In this document: piece after piece, positions 1 through 11,721 of the stretch
Numbering within the stretch: the stretch's first letter is position 1
Layout of the letters: every line of letters begins with the position of its first letter
Source of the DNA: Azolla caroliniana
Taxonomy: Eukaryota > Plantae > Polypodiophyta
Assembly (NCBI GenBank): GCA_043228905.1
Contig: JBHGNT010000005.1
Location: 7,998,001 to 8,062,000, forward strand
Reading direction: 5' to 3'
Length of the DNA: 64,000 nt
Program-made: the position numbers and the translations under genes
The notes under the pieces: model-generated
Database searches by the model: none
What the model was told of the DNA's origin: nothing
What the model saw: the letters and a program-made list of their open reading frames with translations, nothing else

Positions 1-3000
1 CGGCTACATCTTTTCCTCCGATGACCAAATCATCCACGTAAAGGATGATGACAATCGGATTATCCCACTCATTTCGGATGTACAGAGAAGTATCGGATTT
101 TGACATTTGAAATCCGATTTGATGAAGATACTGCGTGATCTTCGAGTGCCACGCACGCAGTGCTTGTTTGAGGCCGTAAAGTGGTTTGTTAAGTCGACAT
201 ACGGTGTGCGGATAGTTACGCGATTCAAATCTGGGTGGTTGAATCATATACACTTCCTCTTCCAATTCTCCTTGGAGGAAGGCGTTTTTCATGTCCATCT
301 GGGGGAGGTGCCACCCTTTCGCCGCTGCCAGGGCAATTACAATCCGTATAGTGGTCATCTTTGCCATCGGGCCAAAGGTCTCTTCGTAGTCTACGCCGTG
401 GGTTTATGCGTATCCTTTTGCAACAAGACGTACTTTGAAGCAATTTACAGAGCCATCGGCATTGTGCTTCACCTTGTAAATCCATCTACAACCAATTGCT
501 TTCTTGTTCGGCGGATGAGGAACGAGATCCCATGTCTCATTTTTGCATAACGTTTCCATTTCCTCATGCATCGCGTTGACCCATCATGAATCCTTTACGG
601 CTTCGAAAAGCATTTCCAGCTCCCATACTGTCGCTACCTTCATCATAAAGGCGTAATGATACGCTATGTACTCATTGTAGCCGTAACGACTTACGAGGTT
701 CTTCTCTCGGGTGGACCGGCGTAGCTTTTCATTCACAGATTCTAAAGCTTTCTTCACACCGTCTGTCCGGATGTCAAGGCCTTCGACTCACTATCAAGGG
801 AGTGAGTCGATTCAAATTCAAACTGATCTTCGTATTCCCGTATTTTCGCCTTCCCTTTGTTCAACTTTGGACTCAGCCGAGATGTGCTTTGATCGCTCAG
901 CAGCTCTGATAGCCCACTCAGTCGTGTCATAATTGGACTTTCGTCGAACATGCGCGTAACCTGATCTTCGGCTTCTGCCTCTATTTCGGCGTATATCTAA
1001 GTCGGAGTCGAAGTTGTCTCTGGTGTGTACCAGGATGCGGACTCGTCAAAAACGACATCTCGATTTGTTCGAACTTTTCGGGTAGATGGATTGTAGCATT
1101 TGTACCCCTTCTGTTCAAGCGAGTACCCCCACGAAGATACATTTCTCTGACTTTGGGTCGAGCTTTTGTCACGTATCGTCGAGAATATGCACATCAGAGA
1201 TTGCACCGAAAATGTGGACATGTGATAAGTCCAACTTCTTTCCAACCAACTTCTCATGAGGAGTTATGTCGTGTACTCCCGAGGTTGTGCACCTATTAAT
1301 GAGGTATACAACCATGTTCGCCGCTTTTGCCCAGTCCGATTTCGGCAGATTCTTCTCATTCATCATAGCCCGAACGACTTCTACTATGTGCCGGTTTTTA
1401 CGCTCAGCTACGCCGTTCTACTGAGGTGTGTGACGGCATGAGAATTCTCGTCGGATTCCTTCCTTTCGGAGATACGCCGTAAACTCATCCGAAAAGTATT
1501 CTTTGCCTCCATCCGATCGAAGGTAGCGTACATGCCGACCCGTAGCTTTTTCGACTTCAGCTTTGAACCTCTGGAAGTGTCCAAACACTTCACTCTTCTG
1601 TCGCATCGGGTAGATCCAGGTGTTCCTAGAGAAGTCATCGATGAACGTGACATAGTGCCGACAACCGCCGAATGTAGATGTTTGGGTTGGTTCCACACAT
1701 CTGAATGTACAACATCCAGGATTCCTTTGCTCACATTTCGCTCTTTTGGGAATAGGTGATGGCCTTGCTTTCCAAATTTGCATGCTTCGCATACACCCGT
1801 AATTTCCTTCGTCGTAAAGTTCGGGAGTCCAATTACAACTCCTTTCGATTGCATGTTCTGAAGTTTTTGGAGATTGGTGTGGCCGATTCTTTTGTGCCAC
1901 AAATTTAAGTCCGTTTCGACTTTGAGGCCCTTCGCGAACATGGCTAACTTTACCTCGTTTGATTCGAGGATACACATACGGCCTTCTCGTCGACCGTGAG
2001 CTACGACTTGACCGCCCGTTTCGATGAAGCACCCGTCGTTGTTGAATCGTACTTGCATTCCTTATTCGACAATCTAGCCGATTGAGACCAAGTTTTTCGT
2101 GATGGTGGGGACATGCAATACATTCTTTAGGTAGGTTTATTTGTCGTCGTTTTTGAATGGGACATTCCCGATATGTTGTATTGGATGAGTCATGTCATCG
2201 CTTGTCTCGACATATCCAGGACGTTCGGGTTTTCGTAATTCCCGAAACCAATCTTCATGAGACGTCATGTGATTTGACGCTCCTGAATCGACAAACCATA
2301 CATTATTTGAGGTGGACGCGCTAGTTGAAGCCTGTGCGGACATCGAGTGTGCTTCATGTTTCATTATGAACATTCCGCCACGATCGCCGTAGTCGGAATT
2401 CAAAGCGTAATTAGTAAGCTGTCGGCATGCCTCATGTTTCTTCTTTCGGCACTCCTCTTCGTAATGGCCGAGTTTTCCGCAGTACCCGCATTCTATTGGG
2501 TTTCAGCGATTTCTTGGTCTAGCATGATGACTCCCTCTTCCGCCAAACTCTTTGGGACCAGATCTGTCCGCTTGCCATTGGTGGGGGTTACGCTCATGAT
2601 TGTGTCGGCCTTGGCCGAATCGGCCTCTCCTTTTCCGACTGTGTCCTCTTCCTCCATCGAAATTTGAATACAACATTTGTCTGTCATGCGTGTTGTTCCT
2701 TTGATGCATGTGATTCTCCTCGACAAGCAATAACGATTGGACATCAAAAAAGGAAGAAGGATTCTCTCTCGCAAGGATGGACGATCCGAATCGAGCCAAA
2801 TCGAGGTGCTAAGCCGAGCCGAGGGTGTCACATAGTTCCGTGATCTTCAAGGTGTAACTTGTGATCGACATATCCCTCTGTTGCAGATTGTTTAGCTCTT
2901 GTCAAAGTTGGAGCTCCCGTGCAGCCGTATTGGCCGCAAAGATTTTCTTGAGGTTTTCCTACACCTGTTTTGGCATTTTTGCCTCTCTGATATATCCCGG

Positions 3001-3589
3001 CATATGATCATGTACGCATGATGCTAAGCAATACAACACATGGCTTGCGGCCTGCTCCCAAGCGGGATAGTCGATGTGTGTTGGGCCGGGTTGCGTTTTG
3101 TGAGCTCCTTCAATGTAGTTACAGTAACCTTGCTCGACAAGGTATTGACGCATCTTGTATTCCCAAGATGCGAAGTTCGTTCTGTTGAGCTTCTCCGTCA
3201 GAAGAGCGCTTCCCATCTGAGTATTCATGGTGGTTTCTTCTCTGTTGATGAGCTGGTTCTATTGTTCATCGGCGTGTAGCACCACACAAGAAATGAGGAG
3301 GATGATTAAGCAACCACGTGCTCTGATACCATGTAAAGAGGAGCAAGAGTGGTTGAGATGCAACGGAAGGACTGTGTGTACATAAGGCAAAACAGAGAGA
3401 GAGTAAGAGAGAGCTTAAGACATAGATAAATATATATTACATCCAACAGTAACAAAGTTACAAAGGGTTGGTTTAAATACCAACTAAATTAGGGCAAGGT
3501 CCCTTTCTACTATTTACAAAACTAGCCTGGTATGTCCATGAGCTAGTGTGAATCCTATTTCTATGGGAAGTTGAGTTCGATTCTCAACA
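1..3589 (-). mobile_element. Degenerate Ty1/copia LTR retrotransposon, 3' part beyond window start
   Basis: Fragmented minus-strand ORFs: gag (EKLNRTNFASWEYKM), protease (WFVDSGASNHMT), GAG-pre-integrase (LWHKRIGH), integrase (TFIDDFSR..LRSDGGKEY) and RT pieces. tRNA-iMet PBS GCTCTGATACCA at 3320-3331 abuts a TG..CA LTR at 3332-3589. Many stops and frameshifts. Confidence 0.92.
3332..3589 (-). repeat. 5' LTR (~258 bp) of the copia at 1-3589
   Basis: Begins TGTAAA directly after the PBS and ends TCTCAACA; partner LTR is outside the window. Confidence 0.75.
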
Positions 3590-4370
3590 CGGTTACATAT
3601 CCTAAATGCTTGTGGGACTCTTTGATTGATATGTGCATCAAATGTGGTCTGATAATGGAATGTGATGGCATCTGGATATACTGACTATGGCTCGAAAAGC
3701 AATTGTTTTATGGCATGGAACAAATGCAAGTAGAAGAAATTTGCTTGATTTGTTTGCTTCTTGAAAGCTTGTTTTGGCGTAGACTCTCTAACAAGAGGAG
3801 GGGAATTACATGGTGATAATGCAAAAGAAGGATTTGAAAAACATCATTTTCTTGGTACAATAAATGTGAGACAATAATTGAAGCCCAACAACCTTTTCAT
3901 GGATTATTGTTGGTTGGAGATGTGGTACAATGGATTGTCTTGTTATTGGGCTATACTGAGCATGATAAGAATGAGGATGCTACACAACTCTATGTTCAAA
4001 TGCTGGTGCAAGGCATCTTACCTAATATGATGACATTTTCTGGTATGTTGAAAGCATGTGGCAACATGGGAGATATACAGAAAGGGAACAACTTCCATGT
4101 TCTAATCTCCTCGTAATGCATGGAGGTCACACAAACAAGTGCCTTATTGAGAAGTGTGCTTGAAGCTTACCAAGTCTTTGTCATAAAACAAGCAAGAAGT
4201 CTTTTTCAATGGTCTAGTTTAATTTCGAGATATGCTCAAACGGAGAAACTGTGCAGAAAACATTCAATTATGGTTTCAAATATCGTCTCGTGGAATGCAC
4301 TAAAAAGAGGCTATAGAGACTATGGATATGCCGAGGAGGGGTTGTATTAATTTTCAACAGATGCAACACA
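3590..4370 (+). pseudogene. Decayed PLS-type pentatricopeptide repeat (PPR) gene fragment
   Basis: PPR-like peptides (SLIDMCIKCG, DVVQWIVLLLGYTEH..QGILPNMMTFSGMLKACG, NIVSWNALKRGY..GYAEE) broken by stops and frameshifts. Confidence 0.75.
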
Positions 4371-4498
4371 ATATATGTATATAGTTTCCTTTAATTTTAA
4401 TACCAATGGAGGATTTTTTTATGAAAAAAAAAGGGATCAAATAAAAAAGTATATGGTCAAATGTTAAGATGGATTATGTGGCCCATCATATTCATAAC

Positions 4499-5021
4499 CA
4501 TAGTACGTAAAATTCGTATTCGTCAGCCATATCATTCGTTTTCCTACATTGGAAAACGAACACGAATGATATTAAAAAATTCGTGTGTTTTTTTTTTCCT
4601 TTTTTTTTTCCTTTTTTCCTTTTTTTTTGTTTTTTCCCTCTTTTTCACCCTTTTCCCCCTTCTCCTCTGCACATAACGTTACGCTCTCCTCTCCTCTCCC
4701 ACTTAGCCTCGAACAATTTGCACAGTGCATACCAACGACTCACGACATTTAGGTATAATTAGGTTTAATAATAGGTATTAGGGTTTAAATTTCTAAAATG
4801 AAATTTCAGAGATGAAGTGATTAAATTTTGATATTTACGTTTTACAGTAATTTAGGAACTAATGGGTAGACAAAAAGGCCTGGAGTGGGAACATGTTGTA
4901 ATTCAAGTAAAGAATCCAAAAGTATGGTATTTATCATTCTTCAAAGGGTGTTTACCCTTCTCGAATGATTGAATCATTCTTGAACACGAATGCACGAATG
5001 GTACGCATGGTTCATACTATG
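4499..5021 (+). mobile_element. Non-autonomous hAT element (523 bp)
   Basis: Termini CATAGTA...TACTATG; perfect 8-bp TSD TTCATAAC (4491-4498, 5022-5029); subterminal TTCGT/ACGAA repeats; relic BED-finger start MGRQKGLEWEHVV at ~4862. Confidence 0.85.
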
Positions 5022-5283
5022 TTCATAACAACCAACCTTACATTCTAGAAGGTGCAACCATGAGCTCTCAAACATGGCTTTAGCATGGAGGTGATATTAG
5101 AGAAGGACATGACAATGGTACTAGTTTTATCAGTTTGAGGATATCATCAAGCTAGCATGAAAGTGTTACCAAATAAATTTCAACAAAGCGATTTTATTTT
5201 TTTGGTGCATGCCAATTGTGACAAAGTTGTTATGAGTATGTAAATGAATAAATGGGCATTTCTCTAGACCATTCTAAGTTTAG

Positions 5284-5678
5284 TGTAAAAAGTAACGTGC
5301 GGAAGCAAGTGTGAAGACCGAACAGGAGGAAGAAAACTCAGGTTCAATGGAGAGCTTGAGCTTACACAGTATACGCGGAGAGACAGAGAGAGTGAGAGAG
5401 AGAACACAGAAGAACTATATTCAACCTCTATTCACGACTCTGTACATATGTGTGTTCAATGAACACTTTTATACAAGTCCTAGAAGGATTGACCGAAGTA
5501 CTGATAGTACTTCAATACTCATTAAGAGCTCCTACACTAACTCCCAAATATATTCCTCACGGAATATCTTTCCTAACGACCTCCCGGTTTACGCACTCGG
5601 CCTAACCGATCGGTCCCAACCGATCCGGTCCTCGGCTTCTTCAGCTGATCCGGCCGATGTTGAGCTTGTCTCTGAACA
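5284..5678 (-). repeat. 3' LTR of copia 5284-10976
   Basis: TG..CA, 395 bp; about 8 substitutions and 1 indel versus 10581-10976 by eye. Confidence 0.95.
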
Positions 5679-8600
5679 CTCCCCCTCAAGCTCAACTTGA
5701 GGCTCTTCGGGATCTTCGGGCTCACAGCTCCGGTTCCTCTTGGCTTCACGCCTCGCTCGCGCTCCACGACCTGTTCGACTCCACGCACTTCGACCCTTCC
5801 GGTCGGCTTGTCTGCTCATGTGGCCCTTATCAGCTCTTCTGTTGTTGCGGTGTTGACGCTTCTCCTGCTGCCTTTTCTTCTGCTTGGGCCTCGGTTGATT
5901 CAGCGTATCTGAATCAAACATCCGAACCGGCTCGACTACCTCCGATCGGTTTCCGCTCTCGTCCGAGTTGGCTGTCTCCAACTCGTCTTCAGTCTTCTCG
6001 CCCTCGGTGGCGTCATCTTCCCCATGCGTGGTTGGCTTCGGCTCTCTCCTTCGGTTGCTCCCCTTTTGTCCGCTTCCGAACTTTTCCGCGGGTCCGCCTT
6101 CGGCTTCTTCAACCGATCCGAAGTCCAACTTGACAACCGAGTCAACCGACTCGGTGTCGCGGTCTCCGCTCCTTTCCTGTTGCCTTGCTTGGTCGTTCGG
6201 GACTGTTCTCCCCCTCAAGTTTGGCACGTCGAGGTGACGCAATCCGAGCGCACCTGAGAATTGCCCCAACTTGTCCAGACCAAGAGGCTTGGTGAAGATG
6301 TCGGCAGTTTGCCGATCCGTCGGAACGTACTGAAGTTCGACTTCACCGGAAAGGACACGCTCACGGACGAAATGGTAGTGCACCTCAATGTGCTTGGTCC
6401 GTGCGTGGAAAACGGGGTTTTTCGCGAGCTGGATGCTGCTGAGGTTGTCGCAGTAGATCGTCGTCGGATCTGACACCTCCTCTTGCAGGTCCTTAAGTAG
6501 CCGCTTCAACCATATGGCTTCGCATGTCGCGACAGCCGCTCCTCGGTACTCAGCTTCGGTGCTCGACAGTGCAACTGTCGGCTGCTTCTTACTGCTCCAC
6601 GCGATCGCAGCACTCCCGAGGGAGAATGCGTATCCGGACGTGGATCGGCGATCGGCGGCGTTGCCAGCCCAATCAGCATCGGTGTAGCCGACTAACTGCG
6701 CGGCTGCACCAGTCCGATATAGCAGTCCCCGGTCCTTAGTGCCGTTGACATACCGAAGTATGCGTTGCGCACACTGGAGGTGCTCCTCGGTAGGTCGCGT
6801 CATCAACTGACTGATCACTCCGACCGGATAACTGAGGTCGGGTCGGGTGATGGTCAAGTATATGAGGCTTTCGATAATTTGTCGGAACCTCGTCGGGTTG
6901 CATACCTTTCCCGTATCGGGACGAAGCTTGACGGTTCTGTCCAGAGGAGTCGAGACGGACTTACAGTCGGCCATCCCGAATTTGAAGAGCATACTCAGCA
7001 CGTAATGACGTTGGCTGATCAATATGCCTTCGGGGGTACGGATCACTTCGATCCCGAGGAAGTAATGAAGGTCCCCCAGATCCTTCATGTCGAACGATGC
7101 TGCAAGCTAGAGCTTCACGCGGTCGATTTCACCTAGATCGGCGCCGGTGATGACCAAGTCATCAACATATAGTAAAATACTAACCGGTCCGAGTCGACCT
7201 TTCCGGATGAACAGGGAAGAGTCCGATTTTGACGTGATGAAGCCCATCCGACGCAGTTGTTGCGTGATCTTCGCGTTCCAAGCACGCGGGGCTTGCTTCA
7301 ATCCGTAAAGGGACTTCTTTAGTCGGCATACTGCCGAGGAGTTCGTTCCAGAGTGAAATCCGGGGGGTTGTACCACGTACACCTGTTCCTCAAGGTCACC
7401 TTGCAGGAACGCATTCTTTACATCCATCTGATGTAAGTGCCACCCCTTCACCGCAGCTACTGCGAGCAAAACACGGACGGTCGTCATTTTCACGACCGGC
7501 GCAAACGTCTCATCGTAGTCGATGCCGTGTTTCTGCGCGTAGCCCTTTGCCACTAGTCGAGCCTTGTACCGGTTGACCGAGCCATCAGTGTTGTACTTGA
7601 CCTTGTACACCCACCTACACCCGATCGGCTTCACACCATTCGGTGCGTCAACCAGGTCCCAGGTCTCATTCTTCGCCAATGCGTGCATCTCTTCCTCCAT
7701 CGTGGCACGCCAATTCGCGTTTTTAACCGCTTCTGCGTAGCTCTCCGGCTCACGCACTTCCGCTACACGGGTCATGTACGCATAATGATGCGCCATGTAC
7801 TCGTTGTATCCGAACCGCAAAACAGGGTTCTTCTGGCGGGTAGATCGGCATAATCTCACATTAGCCGATGTCGAGGCCTTCTCGGTCGACGCAGACTTCA
7901 CCTTTAAAGACCCGTCACCGGTTCCCTCGGAGTCGGACTCGCGTCGGTCTGACTCGTTCCTATCCGTGCCGGAATCCGACACCTTCTTCTTCCCTTTCTC
8001 TTTGCGCGTAAGCCGTCTCCTCGGCTTCCTGCGCGGGGAATGCACGACCGAGTCTCCACTACTCGCCGGCTCTTCATCGGACTGATCGTACCGACTCAGT
8101 CGTCCAATCGGTCCACTTAAACGGAGTGAAATCGGACTCTCTTCGCGGGTCTCAATTTCGGGCTCATCCGGAGGCATCTCAGCCTCGTTGACCTCATCGT
8201 TAGAACACGGATTGGAGTCGGGGTTCGGAGTCGGGGGCTGGTACTAGGACGCAGACTCGTCAACCACAACGTCGCGGCTAACACGCGCTTGTTTGGTGCG
8301 AGGGTTATAGCACTTATAACCCTTCTGCTCGTCCGAGTAACCGACCAAGATGCATTTCTTGGCCTTTGCGTCCAACTTCCTCCGTTTCTCCTTCGGTACA
8401 TGCACATACGCAATGCTACCGAACACCCTCAAGTGTCGCAAGTTCGGCTTGGTTCCGAAATATAGCTCGTGCGTTGACACTTTGTCTCCGATCCGGTTCT
8501 GGATGTATACCGTGGTCCTTACCGCCTCGGCCCAGTAGAACTTGGGCAAGCTCTTCTCCTCCAGCATTGCCTGTGCCGCTTCCACAACTGACCGATTCTT

Positions 8601-10580
8601 CCTCTCGGCCACGCCGTTCTGCTCCGGCGTGTATCTACAACTAAATTTGCGGCGAATTCCCATTTGTTGTAGGTAACCGTTGAATTGACCGGAAAAGTAC
8701 TCTTTCCCGCCATCCGACCGCAGGCACTTGATCTTTCGTCCCGTTTCCGTTTCCACGAACCCTTTGAGGTCCCGAAAACAGTCGAAGACTTCGCTCTTCC
8801 TCTCAATGAGGTAGATCCACGTGTGTCGCGTGTGATCGTCAATGAAGGAGACGAAATATCGGCTCCCGCCAAGACTAACATTTTGTGCCGGCCCCCATAC
8901 ATCGGAGTGTATAAGGTCGAGCTTGTTCCGGCTCTGGTTTCGCTCGTTGGGGAAGGGAAGTCGGTGTTGCTTCCCGAGTTGGCAGGCTTCACAAATTTGT
9001 GCCTTTCGGCCACTAAATTTGGGCAATCCAAACACTACCTGTTTCGTTTGCAGATCTTGAAGCCGTTGGTAGTTGACGTGACCTATCCGCTTGTGCCACA
9101 AGTCGATGTCCGACTCGGATTTTTGTCCCTTCGCGAACATTGCGGTGCCGCCGTCAGTGGAGTCGAGGATGAACATCCTCCCGTCTCTGCACCCTTGCGC
9201 AATCACACGGCCTTCTTCCTCAATGAAGCACCCGAGGTGTGTAAACCGAACCTCCATCCCTTGGTCGACGATCTGTCCGACCGAGACCAAGTTCTTCGTG
9301 ATTGTCGGAACGTGCAACACGTTCATGAGTTTCCCTTTCTGCCTGACATGGCTAAGGGGAACTTCTCCGACATTCGCGATCGGATGCGGAGTGTCGTCTC
9401 CAGTTGCGACTACTCCAGGTTGTATCGGTTTTTCAAGGTACGAGAACCACTCCTTATGGCTCGTCATGTGGTTTGACGCGCCGGAGTCTACGTACCACAC
9501 CTCGTCCGATCTCGGGGTGGTCTGTTTCATTGAGTTTGCTTCGTGTCTCGTCACGAAGGCAGACCCTTCTCCGGCTCTCCCGGAGTCTTCGGTGTAGTGC
9601 GATCGCTGCCGATTTCCCTTGTCGATATGTCCGGAGCCGTTTCCGGAACCGGTTCTCTCCGAATCGGCGCGCTTCTTCCAACACTCACTTTCCCTTTGGC
9701 CTTTCTTGCCACAGTACCAACACTTCGCGATGGCCTTCCCTTGCCGGTTCTCATCGCTTCGACTCCCCCTGTTTCCGGAGGGTCCGGAGTTGCTGTCGGC
9801 ATCACTTTGGTGCCTTCTTCCTTGATCTCGTCGGCCGCCTCCATTGCGCGCCGACTCGCCTCATCCTCCACGTCCACGGGGCCTATCTCCCTCCGTGTAC
9901 AACATTCTACTGTCGGTGTGCGTGCTTGTAGACGCACACGCATGGTTCTCCTCTACCAGGAGCATTGACTGTAAGTCGAAAAAGGACGGCGTATTCTCCC
10001 GGGTACACACAGCCGTTCGGAATGCTCCGAACTTCGACGCCAAACCTCCGAGACAAATCTGGACCATCTCGCTCTCCTCGATGTTCACCTCTATGGAGGC
10101 GAGGGAGTCGCAGATATCCTTGATCTTCGAGGTATAGTTCGCCACCGACAAGTCGCGCTGTCGTAGGTTGCTCAACTCTTGTCGGAGCTGAAGCTTCCTG
10201 GCTGTGGTGCTCGCGGCGAAAATCTTCTTCAGATTTTCCCACGCACCCTTCCGCGTCTTTGCATCCCGAACATAGCTCAATAGTTGTTCGCCCACACACG
10301 ACGCGAAGCAGTATAATACCCTGCTCGCCGATTGCTCCCACGACGGGAAGTCTCTGTGTGTCGATTCGGGTGCCGCGTCATTAGCTCCTTCAACATAACT
10401 CCAGTAGCCGTGCCCGAGAAGGTACTAGTGCATCTTGTAGGACCAAGATGCGTAGTTGGTTCTGTCGAGCTTCTCTATTGGAAGCGAGCTCGCCATGCCT
10501 CTATCCATCGTTCTTCTTGTTCTTCTTCGTCAAGCTGTGTCGGCTGCAGAGAGGTTGTCAACCCTCGCGCTCTGATACCA

Positions 10581-10976
10581 TGTAAAAAGTAACATGCGGA
10601 AGCAAGTGTGAAGACCGAACAGGAGGAAGAAAACTCAGGTTCAATGGAGAGCTTGAGCTTACGCAGTATACGCGGGAGAGACAGAGAGAGTGAGAGAGAG
10701 AACACAGAAGAACTATATTCAACCTCTATTCACGACTCTGTACATATGTGTGTTCAATGAACACTTTTATACAAGTCCTAGAAGGACTGACCGAAGTACT
10801 GACAGTACTTCAATACTCATTAAGAGCTCCTACACTAACTCCCAAATATATTCCTCACGGAATATCTTTCCTAACGGCCTCCCGGTTTACGCACTCGGCC
10901 TAACCGATTGGTCCCAACCGATCCGGTCCTCGGCTTCTTCAGCCGATCCGGCCGATGTTGAGCTTGTCTCTCAACA
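10581..10976 (-). repeat. 5' LTR of copia 5284-10976
   Basis: TG..CA, 396 bp, adjacent to the PBS, followed by TSD TTTAG. Confidence 0.95.
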
Positions 10977-11550
10977 TTTAGGCACAGTGAAGTACAAAGA
11001 ACAAGAACGTGCATATTCTAATTGTTTATTGTAATCCCTACAACTCGCCAAATTCCGGAAAAGGCACACAATATTAATGCCCACAAGCTACAACATTGGA
11101 ATGCATAGTTACACATGCCATATTTCATAAAATTTCAGAAAAGCCACAAAACATCAATGCCCCACAAGCTAAAACTTGGGAATGTATAGCTAAACATGCC
11201 ATGAAAAAGCCGGAACCAAGAAGCATGCATAAAACTAAAAGCTTAAATGTACATGCACACAGCTTCTCGGCTAGTCAAGGAAATCGATCAGACATCATCA
11301 GTCAAGCCCGATGAAACAGAAAGACAAACCGTTAGTTAAAGTTGATGGTATTATGAGCTGGTCATCCATCTCGAATTCGGGCAAAGTTTGGTCGATAGGA
11401 TCCGGAAAGTTCCGCTCCGAGAGCGGATTCGATCGATGACACGCGAAGCAACGAATATTTCTCTTGTTTTTGTTTTTGCTTGACAAATGTGGAGGAGGGG
11501 TTTGGATCGATCGGAGTCTAGGTGTGAAAGCGAGCGAATGGGCACCCCGC

Positions 11551-11665
11551 GAATTCGAACTCTGAACCGAATTCGGAACCGAACTCTAAACCGAATTCTG
11601 AACCGAACTCTGAACCGAATTCTTGCTTGTTCCCTGTCGATCAGAAGAAGAAGAAGAAGAAGAAG
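11551..11665 (+). repeat. 12-bp tandem repeat (GAACCGAAYTCT) plus (AGA)n microsatellite upstream of PIG-V
   Basis: About 5-6 copies of gaaccgaa(t/c)tc(t/g), followed by an AGA run at 11643-11665. Confidence 0.85.
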
Positions 11666-11721
11666 ACGTTTCTCTTTCCTGCCATTTCTGAGTTCCCTCC
11701 CAGTCGACGACAGAATTCGCC

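Larger units (their letters stand above)
5284..10976 (-). mobile_element. Full-length Ty1/copia LTR retrotransposon, inactivated
   Basis: LTRs 5284-5678 and 10581-10976; TSD TTTAG; PBS-Met 10569-10580; PPT 5679-5690. Order is gag, protease WYVDSGAS, integrase, RT LLYVDDLV, RNase H. In-frame stops at ~10425, 8244 and 7107, plus a gag frameshift near 9860. Confidence 0.97.

Noticed and set aside
8685-9968. Long + strand ORFs antisense to copia pol (similar ones at 44958-47976 and 54694-58869)
   Set aside because: Shadow ORFs of GC-rich retroelement coding sequence; no recognisable motifs.
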